A DNA stretch of 64,000 nt from Spirochaetia bacterium (lineage in GTDB: Bacteria > Spirochaetota > Spirochaetia > SP-2023), in assembly GCA_965225855.1 (NCBI GenBank), contig CBDDCK010000001.1, positions 192,001 to 256,000 of the forward strand. The letters are read 5' to 3'. Numbering within the stretch: the stretch's first letter is position 1; each line of letters starts with the position of its first letter. The position numbers and the translations under genes are program-made. This document shows, piece by piece, positions 21,707-31,261 of this stretch. The notes below the pieces were generated by a model. The model searched no databases. It saw only the letters and a list, made by a program, of their open reading frames with translations, and was not told the DNA's origin.

Positions 21707-23016
21707 GTAAAATCATGAATAAAGTTTACAGCAAAATTGAAGCTATTGCCGGTAGTGTCATTACGGTTCGTGCCGATGGTGTTTCCTATGGAGAGCTTGC
21801 TGAAATTAAAACCCGTTTTGGGATTTCTTTAGCCGAAGTTATCAAATTAGATCGAGATATGGTAACACTTCAAGTTTTTGCCGGTGGGCGTGGTGTTTCC
21901 ACTGGAGATGAGGTACGCTTCTTTGGTGATCCAATGCAAGTGTCTTTTTCTGAAAATTTATTAGGCCGTGTATTCAATGGTTCAGGAGAACCAAGAGATA
22001 ATGGACCAACGCTTAAAGAAAATTTAATTACTATCGGTGGACCCTCTTTTAATCCGTCAAAACGTATTGTTCCAAAGCAAATGATTCGTACGGGTATCCC
22101 GATGATCGACTTGTTTAATACATTAGTTGTATCACAAAAATTGCCAATTTTTTCCATTTCAGGTGAGCCTTACAATCAGCTTTTAGCTCGTATTGCCATG
22201 CAAGCTGAAGTTGACCTAATTATTTTGGGTGGCATGGGCTTAAAATACGATGACTATCTATATTTTAGGGATACACTGGAAGAAGGTGGTTCATTAAGTA
22301 AAACGATTATGTTTGTCCATACAGCTTCTGATCCTGTAGTAGAATGCCTGATGGTGCCTGATATTTCACTGGCTATCGCTGAAAAGTTTGCCTTGCAAGG
22401 TAAAAATGCGCTTGTACTACTTACGGATATGACAAACTTTTCTGACTCAATGAAAGAGATTGCTATTACTCAAGAACAAGTGCCTTCCAACCGAGGCTAT
22501 CCGGGTGATCTCTATTCTCAATTGGCGTCTCGTTACGAAAAAGCTGTAGACATCGAAGGCAATGGTTCTATTACCATTTTAGCCGTAACTACTATGCCAG
22601 GCGATGATGTAACTCATCCGGTACCCGACAACACAGGCTATATTACGGAAGGCCAGTATTATTTGCGTGGAGGACGCATTGAACCTTTCGGTTCTCTCTC
22701 CCGTTTAAAGCAGCAAGTCAATGATTCTATCCGTGAAGATCATCGTGCAATTATGGACGGAATGATCAAATTGTATGCCAATTATAAATCTTCACTGGAA
22801 AAACAATCTATGGGTTTTTCAATGAGTAATTGGGATAACAAATTATTGAAATATGGAAACTTATTTGAAAGCCAAATGATGGACCTTTCTGTAAATCTTT
22901 CTCTTGAAGCACAATTGGATAATGGTTGGGAAATTTTGGCTGAATGCTTTGCACCTGAAGAAACAGGTTTGCGTTCTAATCTGATCGAAAAATTTTGGCC
23001 TAAAATTGTTAGTTAA
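21703..23016 (+). CDS. atpB: V-type ATP synthase subunit B
   Basis: [34 protein letters not shown]. Confidence 0.97.
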   Translation: MSKIMNKVYSKIEAIAGSVITVRADGVSYGELAEIKTRFGISLAEVIKLDRDMVTLQVFAGGRGVSTGDEVRFFGDPMQVSFSENLLGRVFNGSGEPRDNGPTLKENLITIGGPSFNPSKRIVPKQMIRTGIPMIDLFNTLVVSQKLPIFSISGEPYNQLLARIAMQAEVDLIILGGMGLKYDDYLYFRDTLEEGGSLSKTIMFVHTASDPVVECLMVPDISLAIAEKFALQGKNALVLLTDMTNFSDSMKEIAITQEQVPSNRGYPGDLYSQLASRYEKAVDIEGNGSITILAVTTMPGDDVTHPVPDNTGYITEGQYYLRGGRIEPFGSLSRLKQQVNDSIREDHRAIMDGMIKLYANYKSSLEKQSMGFSMSNWDNKLLKYGNLFESQMMDLSVNLSLEAQLDNGWEILAECFAPEETGLRSNLIEKFWPKIVS

Positions 23017-23046
23017 GTTCAAAAAGTCATTTAGGGAAATTTTGCC

Positions 23047-23685
23047 ATGACAAAAATTAAATTAACAAAAAATGAATTGAAAAAGCAGAAAGATGCTTTG
23101 AAAATGTTTAAGCGTTATTTGCCAACGTTACAGCTTAAAAAACAACAGCTGCAAGTAGAGATTGCTGGGGTACAAGAAAAAGCCAATGCGATTATGGCTG
23201 AATTAGACCGATTCCAAAAACGTCTGGATTCATGGGTTGCGCTATACGGCGAAGAATTTCCTTTTAAGCAGTATTTACAAATAAGAGAGTTAGTTACGGG
23301 GCTAGGAAACATTGCGGGTGTAGAGATTCCCGTATTTGAGAAAGTAACATTTGATATTTCAGAATATGATTTGTTTGAAACTTCTCCGTGGATTGATCAC
23401 GGTATAAAAGCAATTCAAGATACTATTTCTCTACGTTTACAGCACAATATTTACCAAGAACAAAAACGTCGCTTGGAAACTGAATTACGCGTAACTACTC
23501 AGCGGGTTAATCTTTTTGAAAAAGTAAAAATTCCCGAAACTAAGGCAAACATTAAGAAAATTGCTGTCTATATGGGCGATCAACAAACGGCAGCGGTTGT
23601 TTGTGGCAAAATTGCAAAAAAGAAATTAGAAGAGCGCAATGCGGCAGCAGATAAAGCTGCAAGTTCTAATAAGGGGGCTGCATGA
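23047..23685 (+). CDS. atpD: V-type ATP synthase subunit D
   Basis: LTKNELK...LPTLQLKKQQL, TTQRVNLFEKVKIP. Confidence 0.95.
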   Translation: MTKIKLTKNELKKQKDALKMFKRYLPTLQLKKQQLQVEIAGVQEKANAIMAELDRFQKRLDSWVALYGEEFPFKQYLQIRELVTGLGNIAGVEIPVFEKVTFDISEYDLFETSPWIDHGIKAIQDTISLRLQHNIYQEQKRRLETELRVTTQRVNLFEKVKIPETKANIKKIAVYMGDQQTAAVVCGKIAKKKLEERNAAADKAASSNKGAA

Positions 23686-25571
23686 TTATTCCAATGAAAC
23701 GCTGCTTTATTTTGTTGCAAGAATGCCATGTGAAAAATTGTTTAGAACGAATTCAGCTATTAGGATTCTTACATATATCTCAGCAGCGTTATGAAACAGA
23801 GAAAATTGCAAAGCTGCATCACAAATTAAAAAACATTGAGGGAATTTTAGAACGTCTGAAGCTATTAGCCCCAAAACAGGGTTACCAAATTGTATCCAAT
23901 TATGATAAACCTAGGATTGAAAGTTTACAGGAAAGTTTAAATACTTTAATGGCTGAAGAACGCGAAAATAAAGAAGAGATTGATAATTTGCGTAATAGTT
24001 CATCTAGTTGGTCTGTATGGGGTGAATTTGATCCTTCTTTGATCCATGAATTAAAAAACCATGGTATACAAATTCATTTGTTTGCAGTTAATGAGTTGCA
24101 GCTTTCCAGATTGAGAGAAAGTTCCATCGAATATTTTATCATCAATAAAGAAGCAGATAAAACTTTGGTTGCACTGATTGATAGGGGTTTAGCTTCAGAT
24201 GAAGAACGAGAGGAATTATTTTCTCACTTGCCAATGGAGCTAGAGCTGCCTGAATTTTCTTCTAAAGGATTTGAAAAAAAGATTTTAGAACTAGGGCAGC
24301 GCAATGCGCATATTGAAAAAATATTACGAGATCGTCTTTATGAGCAAAATGCATTGTATGCATATTCTCAAGATTTAGCAGATCAGCTCGAATTTGAAAA
24401 AGCTTATAATAACCTAGAAGACCTTGGGGATGGGATTTTTTTACTCAGTGGCTATACACCAGAAGAAAATCTTAATGATTTGAAGTTTTTAGCAAAAAAT
24501 TACTCATTTGGTTTAATATTGCGCGATGTAGATTTAGACCAAGGAGATCAAGCTCCAACTAAACTGAAGCAAAATTTTATTTCACGATTGATAAATCCGA
24601 TCATGTCTTTCTTAGAGGTAACGCCAGCTTATCATGAACCTGATATTTCGTTTTCGTTTTTTAGCTTTTTCACGGTTTTTGTGTCCATGATCATGAGTGA
24701 TGCTGTTTACGGTATTGCTATTATATTGCTGGGATTGATAACGCAGATTGCTACCAAAAAATTTAGTACCTTGACGCAAATGTTATATGTTCTTGGTTCG
24801 GCAACTTTTATTTGGGGTACTGCTTCGGGTTCATGGTTTGGCTCGCAGAGTATTGCAAATATGGAGCTGTTTAAAGCTTACAGCATATGGCAGTTATCTG
24901 TTTACCCCGAGTTATTTGGACATACGGCTAAAGAACAGCAAAATTTTATTATGTGGCTTTGTTTTAGTCTTGGAGCAATCCATTTGATTGTGGCGCATTT
25001 ATGGCGTATGTTCCGTGAGCTGAAACAATTTGAACTAAAAGGTTTATCAAATCTTGGTATGATCGCCATGATAAATGGTTTATATTGGGTTCTTCTTTGG
25101 ATGGTACGGATTCAAGATACCGTACCGAGTTATGCTTTGCCATCTTTGATTGCTGGATTGTCAATAGTCATTTGTTTTGGTCAACAAGAAAAAGGTGTAG
25201 ATTTTTTCACAGGAATACTTCGAGGGCTAACGGGTTTATTCACTACATTCCTTGATACCGTCGGCTTATTTGGTGATATTATGTCTTACATTCGTCTGTT
25301 TGCAGTTAGTATAGCTTCATTTTCCATTGCTTCGAGCTTCAATGGCATGGGAAACGGTATCATTGAATCAGGCAATGGTTCATTAGGTATTATCCTCTTT
25401 CTAGCTGGCTTTTTGATTTTGGTAATCGGGCATTTGATCAACTTTGTGTTAGGTTGTTTGTCCGTAATTGTGCATGCCGTGCGTTTAAACATGTTGGAAT
25501 TCTCTAACCATATTGGTTTAGAGTGGTCGGGTTACAAATATCAACCTTTTATTAAACGTCGTATAAAATAA
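23682..25571 (+). CDS. atpI: V-type ATP synthase subunit I
   Basis: Soluble N-half plus multi-TM C-half; DIMSYIRLFA, VHAVRLNMLEF. Confidence 0.95.
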   Translation: MIIPMKRCFILLQECHVKNCLERIQLLGFLHISQQRYETEKIAKLHHKLKNIEGILERLKLLAPKQGYQIVSNYDKPRIESLQESLNTLMAEERENKEEIDNLRNSSSSWSVWGEFDPSLIHELKNHGIQIHLFAVNELQLSRLRESSIEYFIINKEADKTLVALIDRGLASDEEREELFSHLPMELELPEFSSKGFEKKILELGQRNAHIEKILRDRLYEQNALYAYSQDLADQLEFEKAYNNLEDLGDGIFLLSGYTPEENLNDLKFLAKNYSFGLILRDVDLDQGDQAPTKLKQNFISRLINPIMSFLEVTPAYHEPDISFSFFSFFTVFVSMIMSDAVYGIAIILLGLITQIATKKFSTLTQMLYVLGSATFIWGTASGSWFGSQSIANMELFKAYSIWQLSVYPELFGHTAKEQQNFIMWLCFSLGAIHLIVAHLWRMFRELKQFELKGLSNLGMIAMINGLYWVLLWMVRIQDTVPSYALPSLIAGLSIVICFGQQEKGVDFFTGILRGLTGLFTTFLDTVGLFGDIMSYIRLFAVSIASFSIASSFNGMGNGIIESGNGSLGIILFLAGFLILVIGHLINFVLGCLSVIVHAVRLNMLEFSNHIGLEWSGYKYQPFIKRRIK

Positions 25572-25599
25572 AAACTTAAAATATAAAGGGAGTTTGCCA

Positions 25600-26061
25600 A
25601 TGAACTTAGATATTGGAACAATGGGTGCTGCTGCTGCACTGGGATTAGCTGCTGCTGGGTCTGCCTTAGGAACAGGTAGCGCAGCCCAAGGCGCAGTTGG
25701 GGCAATGAAAAAATCTCTGCTTGCAGGGAAGATCGCGCCAACTATGCTAACAACATTTTCTGCCTTCCCGCTTTCGCAAACAATTTACGGTATCGTACTT
25801 TTGTTTACAATACTTGCAGCCCAAGGTGTAGCGGCCCCTGGTGCGTTATTTGGTGCCGGGCTTTTTGGTGGTTTAGGTATGGGTTTTTCAGCTTGGTACC
25901 AAGGCCGAGTTATGGCCGCTGCTTGTGATGCGTTTGTCGAAACAAATGGCAAGGGAACAGCTGGCTATATTTTATTGGCTGGTATTGTAGAATCTGTTGC
26001 TATTTTTGTATTGGCCATGTTGATTGTGGCTATTGGTCAGGCAGCTAATTTACAAACTTGA
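25600..26061 (+). CDS. atpK: V-type ATP synthase subunit K (proteolipid)
   Basis: Four-TM Gly/Ala-rich protein; PLSQTIYG, QG, GIVESVAIF. Confidence 0.93.
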   Translation: MNLDIGTMGAAAALGLAAAGSALGTGSAAQGAVGAMKKSLLAGKIAPTMLTTFSAFPLSQTIYGIVLLFTILAAQGVAAPGALFGAGLFGGLGMGFSAWYQGRVMAAACDAFVETNGKGTAGYILLAGIVESVAIFVLAMLIVAIGQAANLQT

Positions 26062-26152
26062 ATTTCTAAGTCCTTCTTAAAAATTTTAGATTTAGGGATT
26101 GCAGTTATAATTGCTGCTCCCTTTTTCTAATATATATTAAGGCCGTGCTGCA

Positions 26153-26980
26153 ATGGCAGAATTAAAAGAAAGTCGAGTTCTTCACTTAAAAGTCAGCCTA
26201 GGGTCTTTTGTATCTTTCATCGATAAAATCTGTGCTTGGGCCTTAGAAAAGTCTGAAATTTTAGATAATTCAGGAAATATCCTTCCAAACAAAAGAAGTG
26301 GCAAATATGTATGTGTTGCCCCAGTTGCAGCTTGTATGGAAGCTTTTTGGAATACAGAGTTTCGCCGTATTTGCCAAGAGGCTGATTTAGTAAGCCCAGA
26401 TGGGACACCTATTGTTTGGGCTCTGCGCCGTTTGGGTCATTCAAAACAACAAAGAATCTCTGGACCAGATTTAATGGCAGCCTTATGCCGTGAAGCCGCT
26501 GCACAAAATATTCCGATAGGTTTATATGGTGGAACTCAATTAGGGTTAGGCTTATTACAACAAAATTTACAGCAGCAATATCCTGAATTAAACATAGCCT
26601 ATGCCTATTCTCCACCATTTCGTTCTGTAGGTGAGGCTGAATCTGCAGAAATTTTAGAAGCAATACGGCAAAGTGGTGCTAAATTATTATTTGTCGGCAT
26701 TGGTTGCCCCAAACAAGAAATTTGGATGGCTAAATACAAAGACCAATTGCCCTTAGTTATGCTAGGCGTTGGAGCCGCATTTTTATACCATTCTGTAAAG
26801 CTCCGGCGCGCACCAGTTTGGTTCCAGAATTGTGGATTTGAATGGCTATTTCGTCTTTTACAAGAACCCAAAAGATTATTTAAACGCTATCTAAAAACCA
26901 ACTTAGCCTTTTTATGGCATACTCATCTACTTTCGGCAAGAAAGTTACGCAAATATTTACCGGAAAATATAGTACATTAG
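26153..26980 (+). CDS. WecB/TagA/CpsF family glycosyltransferase
   Basis: PDGTPIVW, RISGPDLM, FVGIGCPKQE, GVGAAF, GFEWLFRL.QEPKRL. Confidence 0.92.
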   Translation: MAELKESRVLHLKVSLGSFVSFIDKICAWALEKSEILDNSGNILPNKRSGKYVCVAPVAACMEAFWNTEFRRICQEADLVSPDGTPIVWALRRLGHSKQQRISGPDLMAALCREAAAQNIPIGLYGGTQLGLGLLQQNLQQQYPELNIAYAYSPPFRSVGEAESAEILEAIRQSGAKLLFVGIGCPKQEIWMAKYKDQLPLVMLGVGAAFLYHSVKLRRAPVWFQNCGFEWLFRLLQEPKRLFKRYLKTNLAFLWHTHLLSARKLRKYLPENIVH

Positions 26981-26986
26981 AAATAA

Positions 26987-27650
26987 TTACTGGAAAAATT
27001 CCATAATCTCTTGGGCATGGCCAGCGATACGTGTGGCACCACTGGAAAGCAATTCTTGCTTTGTGCCAAAGCCGTAAGTGACCCCAATACGCACCCAAAA
27101 GTTAAGCTGTTTGCCAGCACTCATATCATACGATCGATCGCCAATAATAACGCTTTGTTCGGATTGGCAGCTATATTTTTGACAAAGCTCTTGTAATAAA
27201 TCACTTTTTTGATGAGGGCGTTCATCTAAGTGGGCACCAATCAAATCACAAAGCATAGCATCATAATTTAGATATTCCATTACTTTGCGAGCAATAGGTT
27301 CTGGTTTAGAAGTACAGATAAAAATGCGTTTGCCTTGATCATTCAATTTACGTAGCAATTCATCGACCCCATCATATATTAGGAAATCTTTGTAATAAAT
27401 TTCTTGATACGTTTTTTGGAAAGTCGAAATATATTCATCAACTTTATTTTTGTCTTCACTACCAATTAAACGTGGAACAGTAAGGCCCAGCGGCGGACCT
27501 ATGGTCCAACTAAGGCCATCTTCTGCCAAAATTTTTAGACTATTTAGATAACCCAATTGTTCCAGAGAGGAAGTATGCGCACACAAAAGCCCCGGTTCTG
27601 AATTAATAATTGTACCATCTAAATCAAAGAAAAAGTTTTGTAATTCGCAT
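26987..27650 (-). CDS. HAD-superfamily phosphatase (phosphoglycolate phosphatase/5'-nucleotidase-like) with apparent 1-bp frameshift near the start
   Basis: FFDLDGTI motif I, TSKP motif II, IGDRSYDM motif IV; the ATG at 27650 is out of frame with DLDGT by one extra base in an A5/T5 run. Confidence 0.8.
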
Positions 27651-27703
27651 AGATGTAGGTTCGGCCATTATCAGCTGTAAACTAAGCGAATTTTTATATA
27701 TCA

Positions 27704-28030
27704 CTATGGGCTATTTTGTATGCAGAAACGAACTTTGAGCACGTAAGGGTGAGGGTGTCCGGCTGCTTTCAAAGTGGCTTCCAAAGCAGGCAACCATTGG
27801 TTTTGCCTTAGCTTTAACTCTTGTAAAAACACTGAATGAGGAACTGCAATACATAATTGTTTGCATTCTAAGCTGATGACTGAGCTGTTGTCTACCAGTG
27901 TATCCAACCCTAAGTCTCGTAGGACTTGAGGCCATATAGCATAGACATTGGGTTCTTGTATCTGTGCTTGCTGGGCAATAATTGGTTGCTGGTGCAACAA
28001 TTGATCTATGAGTTCTTTTGAGTTTTTCAT
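27704..28030 (-). CDS. DUF721/DciA family protein
   Basis: W.QV...L....S.V......L.IAV.HSVFLQEL pattern; directly downstream of recF. Confidence 0.75.
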   Translation of the reverse strand: MKNSKELIDQLLHQQPIIAQQAQIQEPNVYAIWPQVLRDLGLDTLVDNSSVISLECKQLCIAVPHSVFLQELKLRQNQWLPALEATLKAAGHPHPYVLKVRFCIQNSP

Positions 28031-28058
28031 TGAATACCTTCGATTAAGCTAATGATTA

Positions 28059-29183
28059 TTACTCTCTCAATCGTCCATTTTCTAGGTATAGTACTTGATA
28101 ATTGGTAAATGGATACGATTGATAATTCTCATTAGGTAATAATGTAAAGAATACTTGCTGGTGCAATGGTAAACTAGCTAAAAACAATTTACGCCTTAGG
28201 TCATCCATTTCGAGCAGCACATCGTCTAGCAAAAGCACACTAGAATACGCTGCCTTTTGTTGTAAATAATTAGCTTGCGTACTTTTTAAAGCTAAGGCAG
28301 CCAAGCGCAATTGCCCTGTAGATGCCAACTTAGTAAAGTCCAATGGAGCTTGATTCTCGCCTTTATACACCAAGAATTGTAGGCAATCGCGCTGGGGACC
28401 ACTCTGACTAGAACCTAGTAAAACCTCGCGTTGCTGCCGTTGTTCCAAGTATTCCAAACAACGTTGTAATGCTTGTTCTTTGGTTTGATCGGTTTCTAAC
28501 TGGGGCCAAGAAGCCTGATATTCAATGGAAACACGGTGCTCAAAGTTGGAAACATACTGGAACAATTCGGAAAATGTCTGGGAAAGCTGAGCTATATGCT
28601 TTAGGCGGCGTTGTTGTATTTCTAGGCCCGACTCCACCATTTGCAGGGTATATGTAGCTAACAATGCAAGTTGTTTATCTTTTATAATTTTGTTGCGCTG
28701 CAGCAAACTGCGGTTATAACGGCGCGAAAGGTCTACATAGCTGGGCTCAAGCAAGCTAATAGTTTGGTCGATAAACTGGCGTTTATCCCGTGGACTGCCT
28801 TTAATGTAAGCAATGTCTCCATGGGCAAAAATGATACTAGGCGCAATTTGCAACAGCTCTTTGCGGTCTTGCAGCTTTTTACCATCTAGGTTAATCGTCT
28901 TTTTCCCAGCAGAGCTGCGTTCATACTGTACTTGAATCTCATATTGTTGGCTATCTTGTCGAACTCTTCCACTCAAGGCAAAAGGCTTGTCAGTTTGACG
29001 CAAACAGTGCTCTAATTGCTTTTCTCTAAATGAAGAACCATAGCTTAATAGGTACAATCCCTCCAGAAAAGAGCTTTTGCCTGCACCATTCTCGCCCACT
29101 AAATAGTAGACATCTTCGCTCAATTTTACTTCATTGTCCAACAGATTACGGAAGTTGTAAAAGCGTATACTTTGATAAGCCAT
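28059..29183 (-). CDS. recF: DNA replication/repair protein RecF
   Basis: NFRNL, GENGAGKS, GPQRD, STGQ.R...LAL, LLLDDVLLEMD. Confidence 0.93.
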   Translation of the reverse strand: MAYQSIRFYNFRNLLDNEVKLSEDVYYLVGENGAGKSSFLEGLYLLSYGSSFREKQLEHCLRQTDKPFALSGRVRQDSQQYEIQVQYERSSAGKKTINLDGKKLQDRKELLQIAPSIIFAHGDIAYIKGSPRDKRQFIDQTISLLEPSYVDLSRRYNRSLLQRNKIIKDKQLALLATYTLQMVESGLEIQQRRLKHIAQLSQTFSELFQYVSNFEHRVSIEYQASWPQLETDQTKEQALQRCLEYLEQRQQREVLLGSSQSGPQRDCLQFLVYKGENQAPLDFTKLASTGQLRLAALALKSTQANYLQQKAAYSSVLLLDDVLLEMDDLRRKLFLASLPLHQQVFFTLLPNENYQSYPFTNYQVLYLENGRLRE

Positions 29184-29338
29184 TTTAAGCAATGTAAAGA
29201 GTGTTTCTTTTAAGCACAAGACTATTATTCCACCCTGCAAAACTAGAACAAGACAAGATTCTTGCCCAACGTTCTATACTGAAAGTTGAAAGAAATCTAA
29301 TATTGTTTTGCAAAACTGCTGAAATTGGGGAGAGCCTT

Positions 29339-30109
29339 TTATTTGTGCCCAGTGCGTAAGATAATAATATCTACGCGTTCTGCTTTGACATCTCTACCGG
29401 GAACAGGTTCTGTACGCCTCTCACCATTTTTATCCAAACCTAAAAAATGTTCTGGTATTGGGGCTTTATCAGCAAAACCAGCAACTTCAAAATTGTCATC
29501 GCGAATCCCAAGATTGACTAAATGCTGTAATACAACTACAGCTCGCGCAACGGAAAGTTCCCAGTTTGTGGCGTAAGGCTCATCGGGAGCTAAACTGTTG
29601 GTATGGCCTTCCACACGGAAATTTCGGCTTGCCAATTCAGGGGAACTAAGCAAACTCGCTAACCGTTGTAAAATCGGCCTAGACTGGGATATATCTAGTT
29701 TTGCTGTTTTACCGATAAAATATAGATCACCAGTCAAAGAGATGATTAGTCCTCGTTGATCTTGTGTAATCACTACCTGCTCTCTACGATTCTCCGTTTT
29801 AAAAATATTGACAGCTTTTTGACGAGCTTTATCTAAACGGCGCAAAGGCGTAACCGAAGGCAAGGCCATCACTTCATTGCCCAATTCAGCAAGAGGACCC
29901 GACTCTAAAGTATTACCACCTTGTAACACCCCCATATTGTTAAGACTAGCCATAATGAGTTGCAATCTTTGAGTTTCTTCAATTGGAGGGTTTATTAAAA
30001 GGACGAAAAAACACAACAACAGAGTAACCATATCCCCATAAGTGGCCATCCACTCGGGTAACCCTCTTTTACATTTATGCTTTTTTTGTGGTAAATCATC
30101 GTCATCCAT
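29339..30109 (-). CDS. motB: Flagellar stator protein MotB
   Basis: WMATYGDMVTLLLCFFVLL TM with conserved Asp; OmpA-like VEGHT..NWELS.ARA. Confidence 0.93.
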   Translation of the reverse strand: MDDDDLPQKKHKCKRGLPEWMATYGDMVTLLLCFFVLLINPPIEETQRLQLIMASLNNMGVLQGGNTLESGPLAELGNEVMALPSVTPLRRLDKARQKAVNIFKTENRREQVVITQDQRGLIISLTGDLYFIGKTAKLDISQSRPILQRLASLLSSPELASRNFRVEGHTNSLAPDEPYATNWELSVARAVVVLQHLVNLGIRDDNFEVAGFADKAPIPEHFLGLDKNGERRTEPVPGRDVKAERVDIIILRTGHK

Positions 30110-30142
30110 TACCCATAATCCTTTTTATTTATGCCTTTATAT

Positions 30143-30919
30143 TTAGAACTCTCCTAGATCACTGGGTCTCATGCTAGGAGCTAGAAACGAATATAATTTC
30201 GTTTCCAAAATTTTAGGGTTCTCGCCACCAGCAATCCCCATAATACCTTCTACTATAATGTCGTATTTTAACATTTCATCGGCATTGCGATCTTCCAATT
30301 TATTTTGAAAAGGTATCAGCCAAGCGTTTGCCAAAATCGAACCATATAATGTTGTAATCAAAGCCACAGCCATGTTCGGGCCCAAAGATGCCGCATCACT
30401 CAAGTTGGCAAGTAAACCAACCAAACCTAACAAAGTGCCAATCATTCCAAATGCGGGACCTAAAGATGCCCAGCGACCAAAAAAAGCAGCGCCAGAAGCA
30501 TGCCGTTCTTCTGTCTTCGATTGTTGACAATATAGCATTTTTTTGACAATTGCTGAGTCTGTACCGTCAACGATCATACGCATACCATTACGCAAAAAAG
30601 GGTCTTCAATATCATTTACCACATCATCAAGAGAAAGCAAACCTTCCTTACGGGCAGTTTCAGCAAAACCTATCAATTGAGTGATGGTTACTTCATAATT
30701 ATTTATTTGTAAATTACTTGCAATTTTACAATACTGCATGAAATTTTTGGTAATTAATTCTAATGGTGAAGTGGTAATCATAGCAGCAAATGAACCACCA
30801 ATAACGATCAATACAGATGGCATATCGACGTATAATAAAATCGAGTTTCCACCAATTAAGATACCGGTAATCACTAAAGCAAAGGTTAAAAACAAACCAG
30901 CTAATGTAGCTATATCCAT
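30143..30919 (-). CDS. motA: Flagellar stator protein MotA
   Basis: ARKEGLLSL, GPAFGMIGTL, MAVALITTLYG. Confidence 0.94.
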   Translation of the reverse strand: MDIATLAGLFLTFALVITGILIGGNSILLYVDMPSVLIVIGGSFAAMITTSPLELITKNFMQYCKIASNLQINNYEVTITQLIGFAETARKEGLLSLDDVVNDIEDPFLRNGMRMIVDGTDSAIVKKMLYCQQSKTEERHASGAAFFGRWASLGPAFGMIGTLLGLVGLLANLSDAASLGPNMAVALITTLYGSILANAWLIPFQNKLEDRNADEMLKYDIIVEGIMGIAGGENPKILETKLYSFLAPSMRPSDLGEF

Positions 30920-30998
30920 GTAAATCCCCCTTAAAATCCCATACTTAATACTATTATAAAAACATAGCTAACTAATTTTTAATAAGTCTGCCAAAACA

Positions 30999-31229
30999 TC
31001 AAGTTTCATTTTTAAAAATACCGATGTTTCGGCGATATAAAATTATTCGCTTAATCACCGTTTCAACAGTTTCCATAACACGCAACCGCTTACCAGATAG
31101 CATAACCAAAGTAGGATTATGCTCATCTTTTTCAATATATTCTATTTGGTGCGGGTTGATAAATATCTCTTGTCTTTGAGTTCCCAAAAGCGTAACTTTT
31201 ACCACAGAAGTTTTTTCAATAGTATACAA
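30999..31229 (-). CDS. flbD: Flagellar protein FlbD (start may be an internal GTG)
   Basis: INPHQIEYIE...T...LSGK...V.E motif; position between flgE and motA. Confidence 0.8.
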   Translation of the reverse strand: MYTIEKTSVVKVTLLGTQRQEIFINPHQIEYIEKDEHNPTLVMLSGKRLRVMETVETVIKRIILYRRNIGIFKNET

Positions 31230-31261
31230 GAACAGAAAGAAATAATAAAATGCTGTATAAA

